Shown here: one piece after another, positions 27,233 to 36,403 of the stretch
Numbering within the stretch: position 1 is the stretch's first letter
How the letters are laid out: each line of letters begins with the position of its first letter
NCBI GenBank assembly: GCA_963850215.1
Contig: CAWKKI010000004.1
Location: forward strand, 143,588-207,587
Length of the DNA: 64,000 nt
Source of the DNA: an uncultured Actinomycetota bacterium
Lineage (GTDB): Bacteria; Actinomycetota; Actinomycetes; UBA12327
Direction: 5' to 3'
Position numbers and translations under genes: made by a program
The notes under the pieces: model-generated
The model's input: only the letters and a program-made list of their open reading frames with translations
Told to the model about the DNA's origin: nothing
The model's database searches: none

Positions 27233-28152
27233 CCCCGCCAACCCAGACGAGACTCAATGTCGGCTGGCCCGAGCCGCCCCACGACTGGGCTAGCACCCAG
27301 GCCACCTTTCATCTGTGGACGCAGGTGGTCGGGAAGATCCGGATGGCCTGCACACCGATCCTGAATCACTGGTGGAACACCCCGCTCTACGTCACGGCCC
27401 GCGGGCTGACCACGTCGCTCGTTCCGTACGGAACCGGCCGTGGCTTCCAGATCGACTTTGATCTGCTGGACCGCGAACTCCTGATCCTTACAACCGATGG
27501 CGCCAGGCGTCGTCACGGACTCAGCGCCGAATCGGTTGCCGACTTCTACGGCGCGGTGATGGGGCTGCTCGACGAGTTAGGGCTGCCGGTGGAGATATGG
27601 ACGATGCCTGTTGAGATTCAGGGCGCGGTCCCCTTCGATACCGACAACGTGCACGCCAGCTACGACGCGGTGCAGGTGCAAAGGTTCTGGCGGACTCTGG
27701 TCGAGTCACAGCGAGTGTTCGAACTCTTTCGCAGCCGGTACATGGGCAAGTCCAGCCCCGTGCACCTCTTTTGGGGCGCACTTGATCTGGCCGTGAGCCG
27801 GTTCTCGGGGCGAGCGGCCCCCCTGCACCCAGGCGGCGCAGCCCACTGTGGACCTCGCGTCATGCATGAGGCTTACTCGCGCGAAGTGAGCAGCGCCGGC
27901 TACTGGCCCGGACCGACTGGCGAAGGCGTGTACTACTCCTACGTTTACCCGGAGCCCGACGGCTTCAGGACGGCTGAGGTGCTGCCGCCCGAAGCAAAGT
28001 ACGACGAGAACCTCGGAGAGTTCACGCTCTCCTACGAGACGGTCCGGGCTGCGGCGGACCCCGACGCGTTGCTGCTTGAATTCCTGCAGAGCACCTACGA
28101 GGCCGCGGCGGTCAATGCAGGATGGGAGCGGGCCCTGTTGGAACGAACCTAG
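27229..28152 (+). CDS. DUF5996-like protein
   Basis: Shares a GTGA overlap with the zinc-finger gene. The N-terminus ATFHLWTQVVGKIRMACTPILNHWWNTPLYVTARGLTT matches my recollection of that family. Confidence 0.7.
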   Translation: MTPPTQTRLNVGWPEPPHDWASTQATFHLWTQVVGKIRMACTPILNHWWNTPLYVTARGLTTSLVPYGTGRGFQIDFDLLDRELLILTTDGARRRHGLSAESVADFYGAVMGLLDELGLPVEIWTMPVEIQGAVPFDTDNVHASYDAVQVQRFWRTLVESQRVFELFRSRYMGKSSPVHLFWGALDLAVSRFSGRAAPLHPGGAAHCGPRVMHEAYSREVSSAGYWPGPTGEGVYYSYVYPEPDGFRTAEVLPPEAKYDENLGEFTLSYETVRAAADPDALLLEFLQSTYEAAAVNAGWERALLERT

Positions 28153-28284
28153 GAACAAGCGGCGATCCGGCGAATTCCATCACGCTGCCGGCCGCGACGC
28201 CAGGACACGGGTCCGGCTGATCGCGCACGTAAGCCGCCACATACATCGAACCCAGCGGCACCCAATCGAGAAGGATGAGAACCC

Positions 28285-28455
28285 ATGGCGACATACAGAC
28301 TGGTGTACGGAGATCAAGAGCAGGTCGTGCGCGAAACCTACGAGAACGTGGAGATGTCCAAGGAGGACGGCTGGGTCGTGCTGTTCCGCGACGGCGATTC
28401 GATCCTTCGTGTCCGCGAAGAGCACGTGCAATCAATCGAGACCGTCGAGGCCTAG
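28285..28455 (+). CDS. hypothetical 56 aa protein (below the ORF-track cutoff)
   Basis: GAGAAGGATGAG lies upstream of the ATG. Product is MATYRLVYGDQEQVVRETYENVEMSKEDGWVVLFRDGDSILRVREEHVQSIETVEA, with balanced composition unlike the overlapping Arg-rich frame. Confidence 0.4.
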   Translation: MATYRLVYGDQEQVVRETYENVEMSKEDGWVVLFRDGDSILRVREEHVQSIETVEA

Positions 28456-28519
28456 GCCATTCGATCAGCACGCCGCCTCACCACTGATCAACTGGATGTT
28501 CCAAGGTCTTCCGCACGTC

Positions 28520-28750
28520 CTACGGCGCCCGCCTCGGCTGCGGAACCGTCGGAACCGTCGGAACGGCCGGTGTCGGCGGAATCGTCGGAACCGTCGGTGC
28601 CGACGACACGGAGCCACGGCGCATCGGAGGGCTCGGTCGAAGGGTCTTCGGCAGCTTGCCTGGGCGCTTTGGCTGGGAGAAGTGAATAGCAAGGCGGAAG
28701 CCAATCAGGACGAGCACCCCAACGATGAGGATCGCGATGATCGTGGACAT
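28520..28750 (-). CDS. small single-TM protein with Pro/Thr-rich repeat tail
   Basis: GGAAAGGA RBS precedes the ATG at 28750. Product starts MSTIIAILIVGVLVLIGF and the tail is encoded by about 7 imperfect 9-nt repeats (GGAACCGTC). Confidence 0.5.
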   Translation of the reverse strand: MSTIIAILIVGVLVLIGFRLAIHFSQPKRPGKLPKTLRPSPPMRRGSVSSAPTVPTIPPTPAVPTVPTVPQPRRAP

Positions 28751-28773
28751 GGTGTGTCCTTTCCCGAGTTGGA

Positions 28774-30256
28774 TCAGGGTGTGCAAGTTGTCATGGCCTG
28801 AATGAGTTCATCCGTGTCCACCCACGCGACGCCGATGCGCGAATCACCGATGCCGTAGGGGAGCCAGAGACGACCGTCATGCACGAGGCCGCCGCACGAG
28901 TAGACGACGTTGGGCACGTACCCGTCCTGTTCGGCAGGCGTGGCATGTAGCAAAGGTCGTTCAAGTCGGGCGACTACTCGACGGGGGTCATTCAGATCGA
29001 GCAGGAGCGCGCCGATCGCGTATTCGCGCATAGCGCCCACGCCGTGCGTAAGGACGAGCCATCCCCGATCGGTTTCGATCGGAGATCCGCCGTTGCCAAC
29101 CTGCAGCAACTGCCACGGACCACGCGGAGCGTCAATGAGTTCGGGCGGTTCCCACACGAGGCCATCGGAGGACCGGGTTAGGAAGGTGTTCTCCCCGTCG
29201 GACCGCGCAAGCGCCAGGTAGCGCTCACCAACCAGCCGCGGAAACATCGCCATGCCCTTGTTCTGGGCCGCGGCACCAGCAAGACGAGTTGATGTGAAGC
29301 TGCGAAGGTCGGGACTGATGAACAGCCTCGGTTCGATCCGAACCCCGTCGTACGCCGTGTAGGTCGCGCGATAGTCGACCTCCCCAGCTTCGTTGACGAA
29401 GCGAACGAACCGCGCATCTTCGACACCGTTGCGCTCCTCCGCGGCCGTTGGTAGCAGGACTTGCTGGCTCAGTGTCACGTCCGCGGGCAAGGTCGTCTCG
29501 TAGGTGGACGCGACCAATCGGCGAAGCAGGTCAACGGTGTCGACTCCCGCCGGTTGGCCAAGAAGATCGTGCGACGCATCACTGACGAGGGCCTCAAGGT
29601 CGGAGGCGAGTACCTGTTCCGGAAGTCTTGACAAGATGCTGTTGGCAAGGCGGTCCACGCCGTCGATATCCAGGAGTAGAGCGCGCAGGAGTGTGCGTGG
29701 CAGGCACGCAGGGCGGCTCAACGCAGCGACTGCTGGTAGAACGCGGGGTTCAAAGGTCCATGCGGGTCCTGGGCCTATTACCGCGACCGCGAAGCCCATA
29801 GATGAGATGTGCCCCTCACCGATCCCGCGCACGCTCACAGCGACGCGGACCTGCCCAGGAAGCAGAGCGCTCTGGTCCGGATGCAGGACCGGGCTCGGAT
29901 TGCACAGTGCGGCCCCTTCCACGGCGTACTCGGCCGTGAAGGCAGCGCCCAGCAAGCGCCGAGCGGGCCGGAGACAATTTTTGGCCGGACGACAGGTACG
30001 AGCTGAGCATCGCGGCGTGAGTCTGCCAAGTGCCCGCAAGATCGCGATGGCGCGGCGAGAACTCGGCGAGCAATCGCGTCGTGGTCTCGGCGACTTCGGT
30101 CTCCGGCAGCTCTAGAACTCGGGCGGCCACCGCACCGGCCCGGGATTGGCCGACAGGCTGTTCTTCGCCAGGCAGGAACAGCCGAGCGACAACGCGTGCT
30201 GGATCTGGTCGAAGCGTCGCGTCTACCCGATGTGCAAGCGCGCGGTCAGAGTTCAC
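28774..30256 (-). pseudogene. GH130-like glycosidase/phosphorylase with N-terminal extension, single frameshift near 29962
   Basis: C-terminal half (GWLVLTHGVGAMREYAIGALLLDLNDP...YVPNVVYSCGG...LPYGIGDSRIG) is GH130/DUF377-like. The N-terminal 100 aa are in another frame, starting at a GTG at 30256 that forms a GTGA overlap with the upstream stop. Total length is 3n+1. Confidence 0.7.
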
Positions 30257-31278
30257 GTAATCAGCCCGAGTCGCGAGGCATTCTGTCTGGTGGAGATCGC
30301 CGCGATGGTTGACTCCGCACCCTGGTTCAGATTGCGGCCGACGCGGTGCAGCCCGTCGAAACCTGCGCCCGTCTCGAGGTCCACCATGAACGTCCCGTTG
30401 TCGTTCTTCCCAACGAACCATGACCACGCCAATTCGACACCCTGTCGCCAGCGTTCGTCCCCGGTAATCGCGTAGGCACGGGCGCACGCGTCCGCCAACG
30501 CTGCGGCCTCGATGGGTTGCTGGTCAAACCCAGGCGAACTGTCATCGCGAGCTCGGCCACCGACGGGAGTCACGGATAGGTGATCATCACGAGTCTCGGT
30601 GCGAAGCAAGAAGTCGAGAAGCAGCAGTCCGGATGACAACGCAGCGTCGTCCGGCAACGCAGCGCCAGCGATCAGAAGTGCCTCCACGATTGCGCCGTTT
30701 CCGTAGGCGAGGCGGACTTCCGGCCACGGCCACGACGGATCCCGATCCGTCGGACCGATCGATTTGACTGCATCCTGAAGCAGCGCGCGCGCGTCAGCAT
30801 GATCCGGTCGCGCGAGTAGGACTTCGCCGGCACCGAGGGCCGCGAACGCCATCGCGCGCGGGGCCGCCGAGCGTCTGCACACTGCACGTTCAAACGCGAT
30901 GAGCGCGGTCGAGCGGGAATCCGCGTCAGGCGCGTGCGTTGCGACCACTCCAAGACCCCAGATGGCTCTCCCCCACCAGTCCTTGGTATCTGCGAAATCG
31001 GTCCACACCCCGGAGACATCCATCCGGTTGTGGCACGCCCCATCCGCCTCTATCGCGGCGGTGGTGAATACCAAGCAACGCCGCAGCAAGCCCCGAAGAG
31101 TCTCGTCCAACGCCGGCTCACGGCAGATCACGACGAGCGCGCGAGCCACGTCGTCCACGCAGTAGCCGTGTTCGATCCTGGGCTCCGAAAGCAGAGCGTG
31201 TTCGAAGACGGCACGGTCATCGCTGAGATGGATCAGGTGTGCGAAGCCCGTGGCGGTCAAGGTGTCGGCGTCGGTCAT
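30253..31278 (-). CDS. conserved hypothetical protein between the GT4 and GH130-like genes (helical; glycosidase-like fold is only a guess)
   Basis: 341 aa with an ATGA overlap to the GT4 gene. No catalytic motif recognised. Confidence 0.65.
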   Translation of the reverse strand: MTDADTLTATGFAHLIHLSDDRAVFEHALLSEPRIEHGYCVDDVARALVVICREPALDETLRGLLRRCLVFTTAAIEADGACHNRMDVSGVWTDFADTKDWWGRAIWGLGVVATHAPDADSRSTALIAFERAVCRRSAAPRAMAFAALGAGEVLLARPDHADARALLQDAVKSIGPTDRDPSWPWPEVRLAYGNGAIVEALLIAGAALPDDAALSSGLLLLDFLLRTETRDDHLSVTPVGGRARDDSSPGFDQQPIEAAALADACARAYAITGDERWRQGVELAWSWFVGKNDNGTFMVDLETGAGFDGLHRVGRNLNQGAESTIAAISTRQNASRLGLIT

Positions 31279-32396
31279 GCAGCAGCACGCGCGACCATGA
31301 GGCGCTCAGCCAGCAGGCGATAACGCATGGCTACCGCCGACCAAAGCAGATCCGGCACGGCACCAAGAGCAGCCTTTGACATCTCGTCCCGGACTTGGGG
31401 ATGAGTCAGCAACGTCCGCAGCGCCTCGGCAATAGCCGTCGGGTCACGATGCGGGACGAGGATCCCGGCCCCGTTGCTCAACAACTCGACCGCGTGCGGG
31501 AATCGAGTGGCCACAACTGGCTTACCTGCCGCAACCGCCTCGATCAAGACCCCGGAAGTAACCTGATCCGTTGAGTCGTATGGCAAGAGAACAACGTCGG
31601 CCGAACGAACGAGTTCGCCTAGTGCGATGGCTCCTCGGTAGCGACCGTCAATGTTCACGGTCCTCTCGAGGCCGAGGTCCTTGATTTGATGAAGCAAACG
31701 AGTTCGGTAGGCCTCGCCTTCGCGCAGAATCACCTTCGGGTGCGTCTGGCCCGCGACGATGTAGTGGGGCTTCGACGGAAGGTCGGCGAGCGCGGGCATT
31801 GCCGCTATCGCCCACTCAATTCCCTTTCCCGGACCGATCAAGCCCCAGGTAAGGATCGTTGGCTCGCCGGTACGGAAGACAGGCGAATGCATAACTGGTG
31901 GAACGGCGCCGTGCGGAATTGTGAACACTTTCGACAGATCGACGTCATAGCCGGCAAGGCGCTCGCGAGCAGTGGCGGTCATAGTCACAACCGCGTCGGC
32001 GGCCGCCGCGACTTCTTCGAGCACGCTGCGTTGGTGAGCGGTCGGTTCGCTCAAGACAGTGTGCAACACCACGATTGACGGAACCGTCAACGCCCGAAGC
32101 AGGGTCACTGCTTCATCTCCGTCGACTCCACCGAAGACGCCGTACTCATGTTGCACGATCACTACGTCACAGTCAGCCAACGCGCTTAGTGCCTGGCTCA
32201 GGGAGTTCGGATCGCCTTCGACAAGTTCGGCCACGACTTCGGGGGCGTGCGTTCTCGACTTCGAATCCACAAGGCGCACAACCCGGCCGGAATCATCACC
32301 CGCATCCGTTAACTCGGCAAAAAGTGCCGAGGTAAAGGTCGCGAGACCGCAGTGCGTTGGCGGATAGGTGCTAACGAACCCAAAAGAAATAGGCAC
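31275..32396 (-). CDS. glycosyltransferase family 4 (GT-B)
   Basis: N-terminus is FVSTYPPTHCGLATF. The C-terminal half carries the E-x7-E-region pattern LLPYDSTDQVTSGVLIEAVAAGKPVV. Confidence 0.85.
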   Translation of the reverse strand: MPISFGFVSTYPPTHCGLATFTSALFAELTDAGDDSGRVVRLVDSKSRTHAPEVVAELVEGDPNSLSQALSALADCDVVIVQHEYGVFGGVDGDEAVTLLRALTVPSIVVLHTVLSEPTAHQRSVLEEVAAAADAVVTMTATARERLAGYDVDLSKVFTIPHGAVPPVMHSPVFRTGEPTILTWGLIGPGKGIEWAIAAMPALADLPSKPHYIVAGQTHPKVILREGEAYRTRLLHQIKDLGLERTVNIDGRYRGAIALGELVRSADVVLLPYDSTDQVTSGVLIEAVAAGKPVVATRFPHAVELLSNGAGILVPHRDPTAIAEALRTLLTHPQVRDEMSKAALGAVPDLLWSAVAMRYRLLAERLMVARAAA

Positions 32397-32659
32397 AGCC
32401 GAACCTCTCGATGGTCGGCGCCGTCATCGAACACGAGGCCTCACGCAGCAGGTGAGTCGCAGCCAGGGCAGCGTGTGTGCCCGCGACACGTCACATTCGT
32501 CGCGTATGTCTGCGCAGAAATCCAGGGAAGCGCGAGAAGCCCGCGCCCATCAGTGGATTCCTTGACGGTACCAGCATCTTGACCCCCCAATCTGCAACGA
32601 TGTTCATGATCACGCGGCAGCAGGCCAACTGGCCGAACTGGTCACATAGGAGGACGGCG

Positions 32660-32914
32660 ATGAGTCAACAAGACGGTGGGGGCCAAAGTGGTGGCCGACT
32701 CGGTGGTGGCGCCATCGCATCAATCGGCGGCCTCGCGGTCCTGGTGCTCTTTGTCGTCCAGAACACCGAGGACGTGCGATTTAAGTTCCTCTGGTTCTCA
32801 TTCACCTGGCCCTTGTGGCTGTACACGATCGTCGTTGCCGTGTTCGGCGCCATCGTCTGGCTCGGGATAGGCGTCATGCGGCGCCACCGCCGGCGCGTTG
32901 CACGTCGTAACTGA
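32660..32914 (+). CDS. LapA/DUF1049-type small membrane protein
   Basis: TAGGAGGA RBS. Product has two TM helices flanking QNTEDVRFKFLWFSF and a basic tail. Confidence 0.65.
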   Translation: MSQQDGGGQSGGRLGGGAIASIGGLAVLVLFVVQNTEDVRFKFLWFSFTWPLWLYTIVVAVFGAIVWLGIGVMRRHRRRVARRN

Positions 32915-32950
32915 GTTGCACGTCGTTACTGAGTTGCGCGTCGCAACTAG
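32897..32950. repeat. 3 x 18-bp tandem repeat, each unit ending in a stop codon
   Basis: Units are GTTGCACGTCGTAACTGA, GTTGCACGTCGTTACTGA and GTTGCGCGTCGCAACTAG. The third unit is a perfect 6-bp hairpin. Confidence 0.8.
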
Positions 32951-33756
32951 GCCGAGGCGGCAGGCGGCGCGTCCGGGCTGATGGCGGTCAAGGCGCCCTC
33001 AAGGGTGCTCGCTGCTGTTGCCAGTTCCGCGCTCGTTGCCGCGGACCCACCAGGCTGAACAAGCGAGTCGAGTCGATCCTTAGCGCTTCGCAAGGCGTCA
33101 CGAAGCGTTCGTGCCCTCGCTGCCTCGGTCTCACCGGGTGCGGTCGAGACCAAGCCTGTCAACGAGTCCTCGGCCGCAACCACCCGAGCCCGCGCGATCC
33201 GCCATCCGCCAGCGACCTGTTCTACGGACGGTTCCTGCTGGAGCTGCGCGATGAGCGTTCGCGCAAACCACTCCGTTTCCCCAGTTGCGGAGCCAAACGA
33301 ACTAGCCCAGGCACCGCGGCGCCGCGATACGACGATGACAGGGATGGCTATGGCCAGCGCGACGACGATCGCGCCGAGTAGCCACCACACCCACGCGGGC
33401 ACTCCGCTCGATGACGAGGTTGACGGGGCGGACGTGGTGGCGGGGATTGGCGTCGACGGCTCGACCGCAGTGAATGTCGGCGTCGGGGTGGGCGGCGGCG
33501 CTGTGAAGGTCTGGGTGACGGTGGCAGTCGCTGTCGGAGTCGGTGTGTCGGTCGGGGTCGGAGTCTCCGAGGTGATCGTGGCGACCTCAGAGGGCGAGGA
33601 CTCGATCGTGGACGAGACGTCGCTTCGTGCGGGCAACGAACCACTAGCCCCGCAAGCAGACACCAACAGCCCAGCAGCGAGGAGCACGGCCGTCCCCGCC
33701 GCAGCGATCCGAGCGCTAGCGACTACCCCTGACAACGAAACCGAACGCACGCTCAC
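32947..33756 (-). CDS. putative lipoprotein/membrane protein with Thr/Pro-rich linker
   Basis: Signal peptide has lipobox LLVSAC. It is followed by a TP-rich region, an internal TM helix (WVWWLLGAIVVALAIAIPVIVV) and a helical C-terminal domain. Confidence 0.6.
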   Translation of the reverse strand: MSVRSVSLSGVVASARIAAAGTAVLLAAGLLVSACGASGSLPARSDVSSTIESSPSEVATITSETPTPTDTPTPTATATVTQTFTAPPPTPTPTFTAVEPSTPIPATTSAPSTSSSSGVPAWVWWLLGAIVVALAIAIPVIVVSRRRGAWASSFGSATGETEWFARTLIAQLQQEPSVEQVAGGWRIARARVVAAEDSLTGLVSTAPGETEAARARTLRDALRSAKDRLDSLVQPGGSAATSAELATAASTLEGALTAISPDAPPAASA

Positions 33757-33910
33757 CTCATGTCCTCCGCACCGCCCAAGGGTGGGGCGGCTAGCCTCCC
33801 CTTGACGCCCGACACCCGCAATGCCCGACGCCGGGTGGCGATGATTCGACTAGGACAAATGGGATAACTATCCTTAATATGACCACGTGCTTGGGAAAGG
33901 GATTTGCAGG

Positions 33911-35545
33911 ATGAAGAAACTCGTAGCGGCCGGAGCGCTCGCGGTGTCCGTGAGCTTGGTGTCCCTGGCGCTGCCGGGCAACGCGTTCGCCAGCGGCACA
34001 GGCGCAACTCCCGTCCCGGTAGTCGCCAACCCGACCGTCCCGAGCGACCTGCAGCAGTTGCCAGCCGACGGCACCGCGCTGCCCCCCAGCCGTTCGACGG
34101 TTGCGCCTTCAGCGCGCTCCGAAGTGAATCCACCCGTAACGAGTTGCCCAGACACCACGCCATCTCCGAGCCCCACCACACCAACGCCATCACCGAGCAC
34201 GCCGACCACCACCCCGTTGCCGTTCGCGTTCAATGAGCATGGCTACGTGATGCAGAGCCTTACGGTGGCGCAGACGCCCTACACGCTCACCTCACCGATC
34301 TCGATCAACGACAGCGGCCCGCACCTGGCGGACGGCACGCGGATGTACCTGCTCGACGGGGTCATGTACGACCACCCGGTCGCCCAGGCTCAGTATGGGA
34401 TCGAGAACCTCGAGAGCTACCGGCTGACCAACAACACCTTCTACCTGCAGCGAGCCGAGGCGCAGGCCGACCACCTCATCTGCATCCGGGTAGAGCGCGC
34501 CGGGGCATGGTTTTACCCCTACACATTTGACTTCGCCCTTCACCAGAACGCCGCCGACGGAGTGATGGTTGCCCCCTGGTACAGCGCAATGGCTCAGGGC
34601 CAGGCACTCGACTTCTTCTCCCGGCTCGCGACTGCGACTGGGGACCCGACCTACCGCCAGGCCGCAGACGCGACCTTTGAGAGTTTCCTGCTACCGCCGG
34701 ACCAGAACGAACCTTGGATCGTGCACTCGGATGCGTCCAACGACCTCTGGCTCGAGGAATACCCGCTCTGGCCGATCGCCAAATCAGACTTCACGCTCAA
34801 CGGTCACATCTTCGCCGCGTTCGGCCTCGCGCAGTACTACCGGCTGACTGGCGACCCTCGAGCCGAACACATGTGGGACGGAGCGTTGCGAACCGTCGCT
34901 GTGCTGGCGGGGACCAAGTTCCGGATCCCGGGGTGGTACTCGAACTACTGCCTGACGCACGGGCATCCGACACCCACCTACCACGCTGTCGTGATCGCTG
35001 AGTTCTTGGATCTGCATGCACAGACAGCTGATCCAACCTTCGCCCGCCTAGCGGACACGTTCATGTCTGACTACCCCACCAACAACACAACCACGGGAAG
35101 CGTCGTGTTCACGGGGGGCCCGCACACGGCATTCAGGGCTCGGCCGACGCTCAAGGCTGCGAAGACGATGACGTTCTCCCGTATGACGACCGCTCCGTTC
35201 TCCTCGCGCATCAGACTCAAGGGCCACGGCATCTTCTACTTGATCTCGGCTGGTCCGTTGTCCGGGATGTATGTAGCCGAAACAGCTGGTAAGCAGTACG
35301 CGCTCGGCGCGTTCCCGCAGAACACCTATCTGCTTACGCGCACAGCGTCCTTCCCGGCCAAGCTCACAGTCGGCTACCGCATCGGCGCGGGAAACGTCGC
35401 GGTCTCAGTTAGGGCGTCGTTCACGCACACCTCGACCGCGCCGGTTGACGCAAGCGGAATCGTGCTGGGAATCCCCAGCTACCACGTCACCGCGGGCGCG
35501 TTCGCCAACGCCTGGGTACCGATGAGCGCGATCACGGTCAGTTAG
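33911..35545 (+). CDS. secreted protein with D-glucuronyl C5-epimerase C-terminal-like domain
   Basis: Signal peptide is MKKLVAAGALAVSVSLVSLALPGNAFA, followed by a Pro/Thr linker. APWYSAMAQGQALDFFSRL...FTLNGHIFAAFGL matches the C5-epimerase C-domain pattern. Confidence 0.7.
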   Translation: MKKLVAAGALAVSVSLVSLALPGNAFASGTGATPVPVVANPTVPSDLQQLPADGTALPPSRSTVAPSARSEVNPPVTSCPDTTPSPSPTTPTPSPSTPTTTPLPFAFNEHGYVMQSLTVAQTPYTLTSPISINDSGPHLADGTRMYLLDGVMYDHPVAQAQYGIENLESYRLTNNTFYLQRAEAQADHLICIRVERAGAWFYPYTFDFALHQNAADGVMVAPWYSAMAQGQALDFFSRLATATGDPTYRQAADATFESFLLPPDQNEPWIVHSDASNDLWLEEYPLWPIAKSDFTLNGHIFAAFGLAQYYRLTGDPRAEHMWDGALRTVAVLAGTKFRIPGWYSNYCLTHGHPTPTYHAVVIAEFLDLHAQTADPTFARLADTFMSDYPTNNTTTGSVVFTGGPHTAFRARPTLKAAKTMTFSRMTTAPFSSRIRLKGHGIFYLISAGPLSGMYVAETAGKQYALGAFPQNTYLLTRTASFPAKLTVGYRIGAGNVAVSVRASFTHTSTAPVDASGIVLGIPSYHVTAGAFANAWVPMSAITVS

Positions 35546-35569
35546 CGCCTTCGGGTCACCGCGGGCGCG

Positions 35570-36355
35570 CTAAAGAATGAAGCAGGCGATCGCAACGAAC
35601 TGGGCTGTCGCAGCGGCGCAGACAAAGGTGTGGAACGTCTCGTGGAAGCCGAACACCGACGGCCAGGGGTCAGGTCGTCGGGTGTGGTACATCAACGCCC
35701 CGGCGATGTAGAGGACACCGCCAGAGGCCAGCAATACAAACGGCGCGATGCCCGAGTGAATCCACACCGCAGGGAGTGCGAATCCCGCGAGACAGCCCAA
35801 CCCGATGTACGTACCCCCGACCAGCCATTCCGGCGCGTTCATCCAGATGAGGTGAGTAATCAACATCAGCCCGGTAAGGGACCACATCACCGCAAGGAAA
35901 ATCACCGACAAGGGCCGAGGCAGCGTCACAAGGAAGATAGGCGTGGCGGTGCCGGCGATGAGTACGAAGATCATCGCGTGGTCGCACCGTTGAAGCAGTC
36001 GTCGGATGGCCGGTCGCCACCTACCCCGGTGGTACAAGGCACTCGCGCCGAACAAGCCGCTCACCGCAGCGGCGTAGATGGCAGCGCCAACCCGATCTCG
36101 CCCAGCGACATTGACGACAAGAAGAGTGCCGACCACCAAAGAGAGCTCACACCACGCGAGGTGCATCCACCCGCGAAGCAGCGGCTTGTCGATGACAACG
36201 GGTTCCGCGGAAGTTGGAGGATTCGCCGTCAACACCACCGCGCTCACCGCCTTATCCGCACGAAGCGGGCGTAGCCGCGGGATCAAATCCGAAGAAATCA
36301 GTCCCGAAGGCAGGCGCGCTAGAGAGTCAAGGGTAGCGCGGCGCGCAAGAGCCAC
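35570..36355 (-). CDS. hemolysin III / PAQR family membrane protein
   Basis: 7-TM profile, with SALYH, CDHAMIFVLIAGT and FHTFV motifs. Confidence 0.85.
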   Translation of the reverse strand: MALARRATLDSLARLPSGLISSDLIPRLRPLRADKAVSAVVLTANPPTSAEPVVIDKPLLRGWMHLAWCELSLVVGTLLVVNVAGRDRVGAAIYAAAVSGLFGASALYHRGRWRPAIRRLLQRCDHAMIFVLIAGTATPIFLVTLPRPLSVIFLAVMWSLTGLMLITHLIWMNAPEWLVGGTYIGLGCLAGFALPAVWIHSGIAPFVLLASGGVLYIAGALMYHTRRPDPWPSVFGFHETFHTFVCAAATAQFVAIACFIL

Positions 36356-36403
36356 CGCCCACGCGCGCCAGATGTCCAGGCACTTGTCAGGTGCGCAGCC
36401 CGG

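Noticed and set aside
26594-27241. 215-aa minus-strand ORF across the 290-bp gap and the zinc-finger gene
   Set aside because: It overlaps the UBP zinc-finger gene, which has a clear motif, and has atypical composition. Only its last 28 codons lie in the gap, and they have no RBS.
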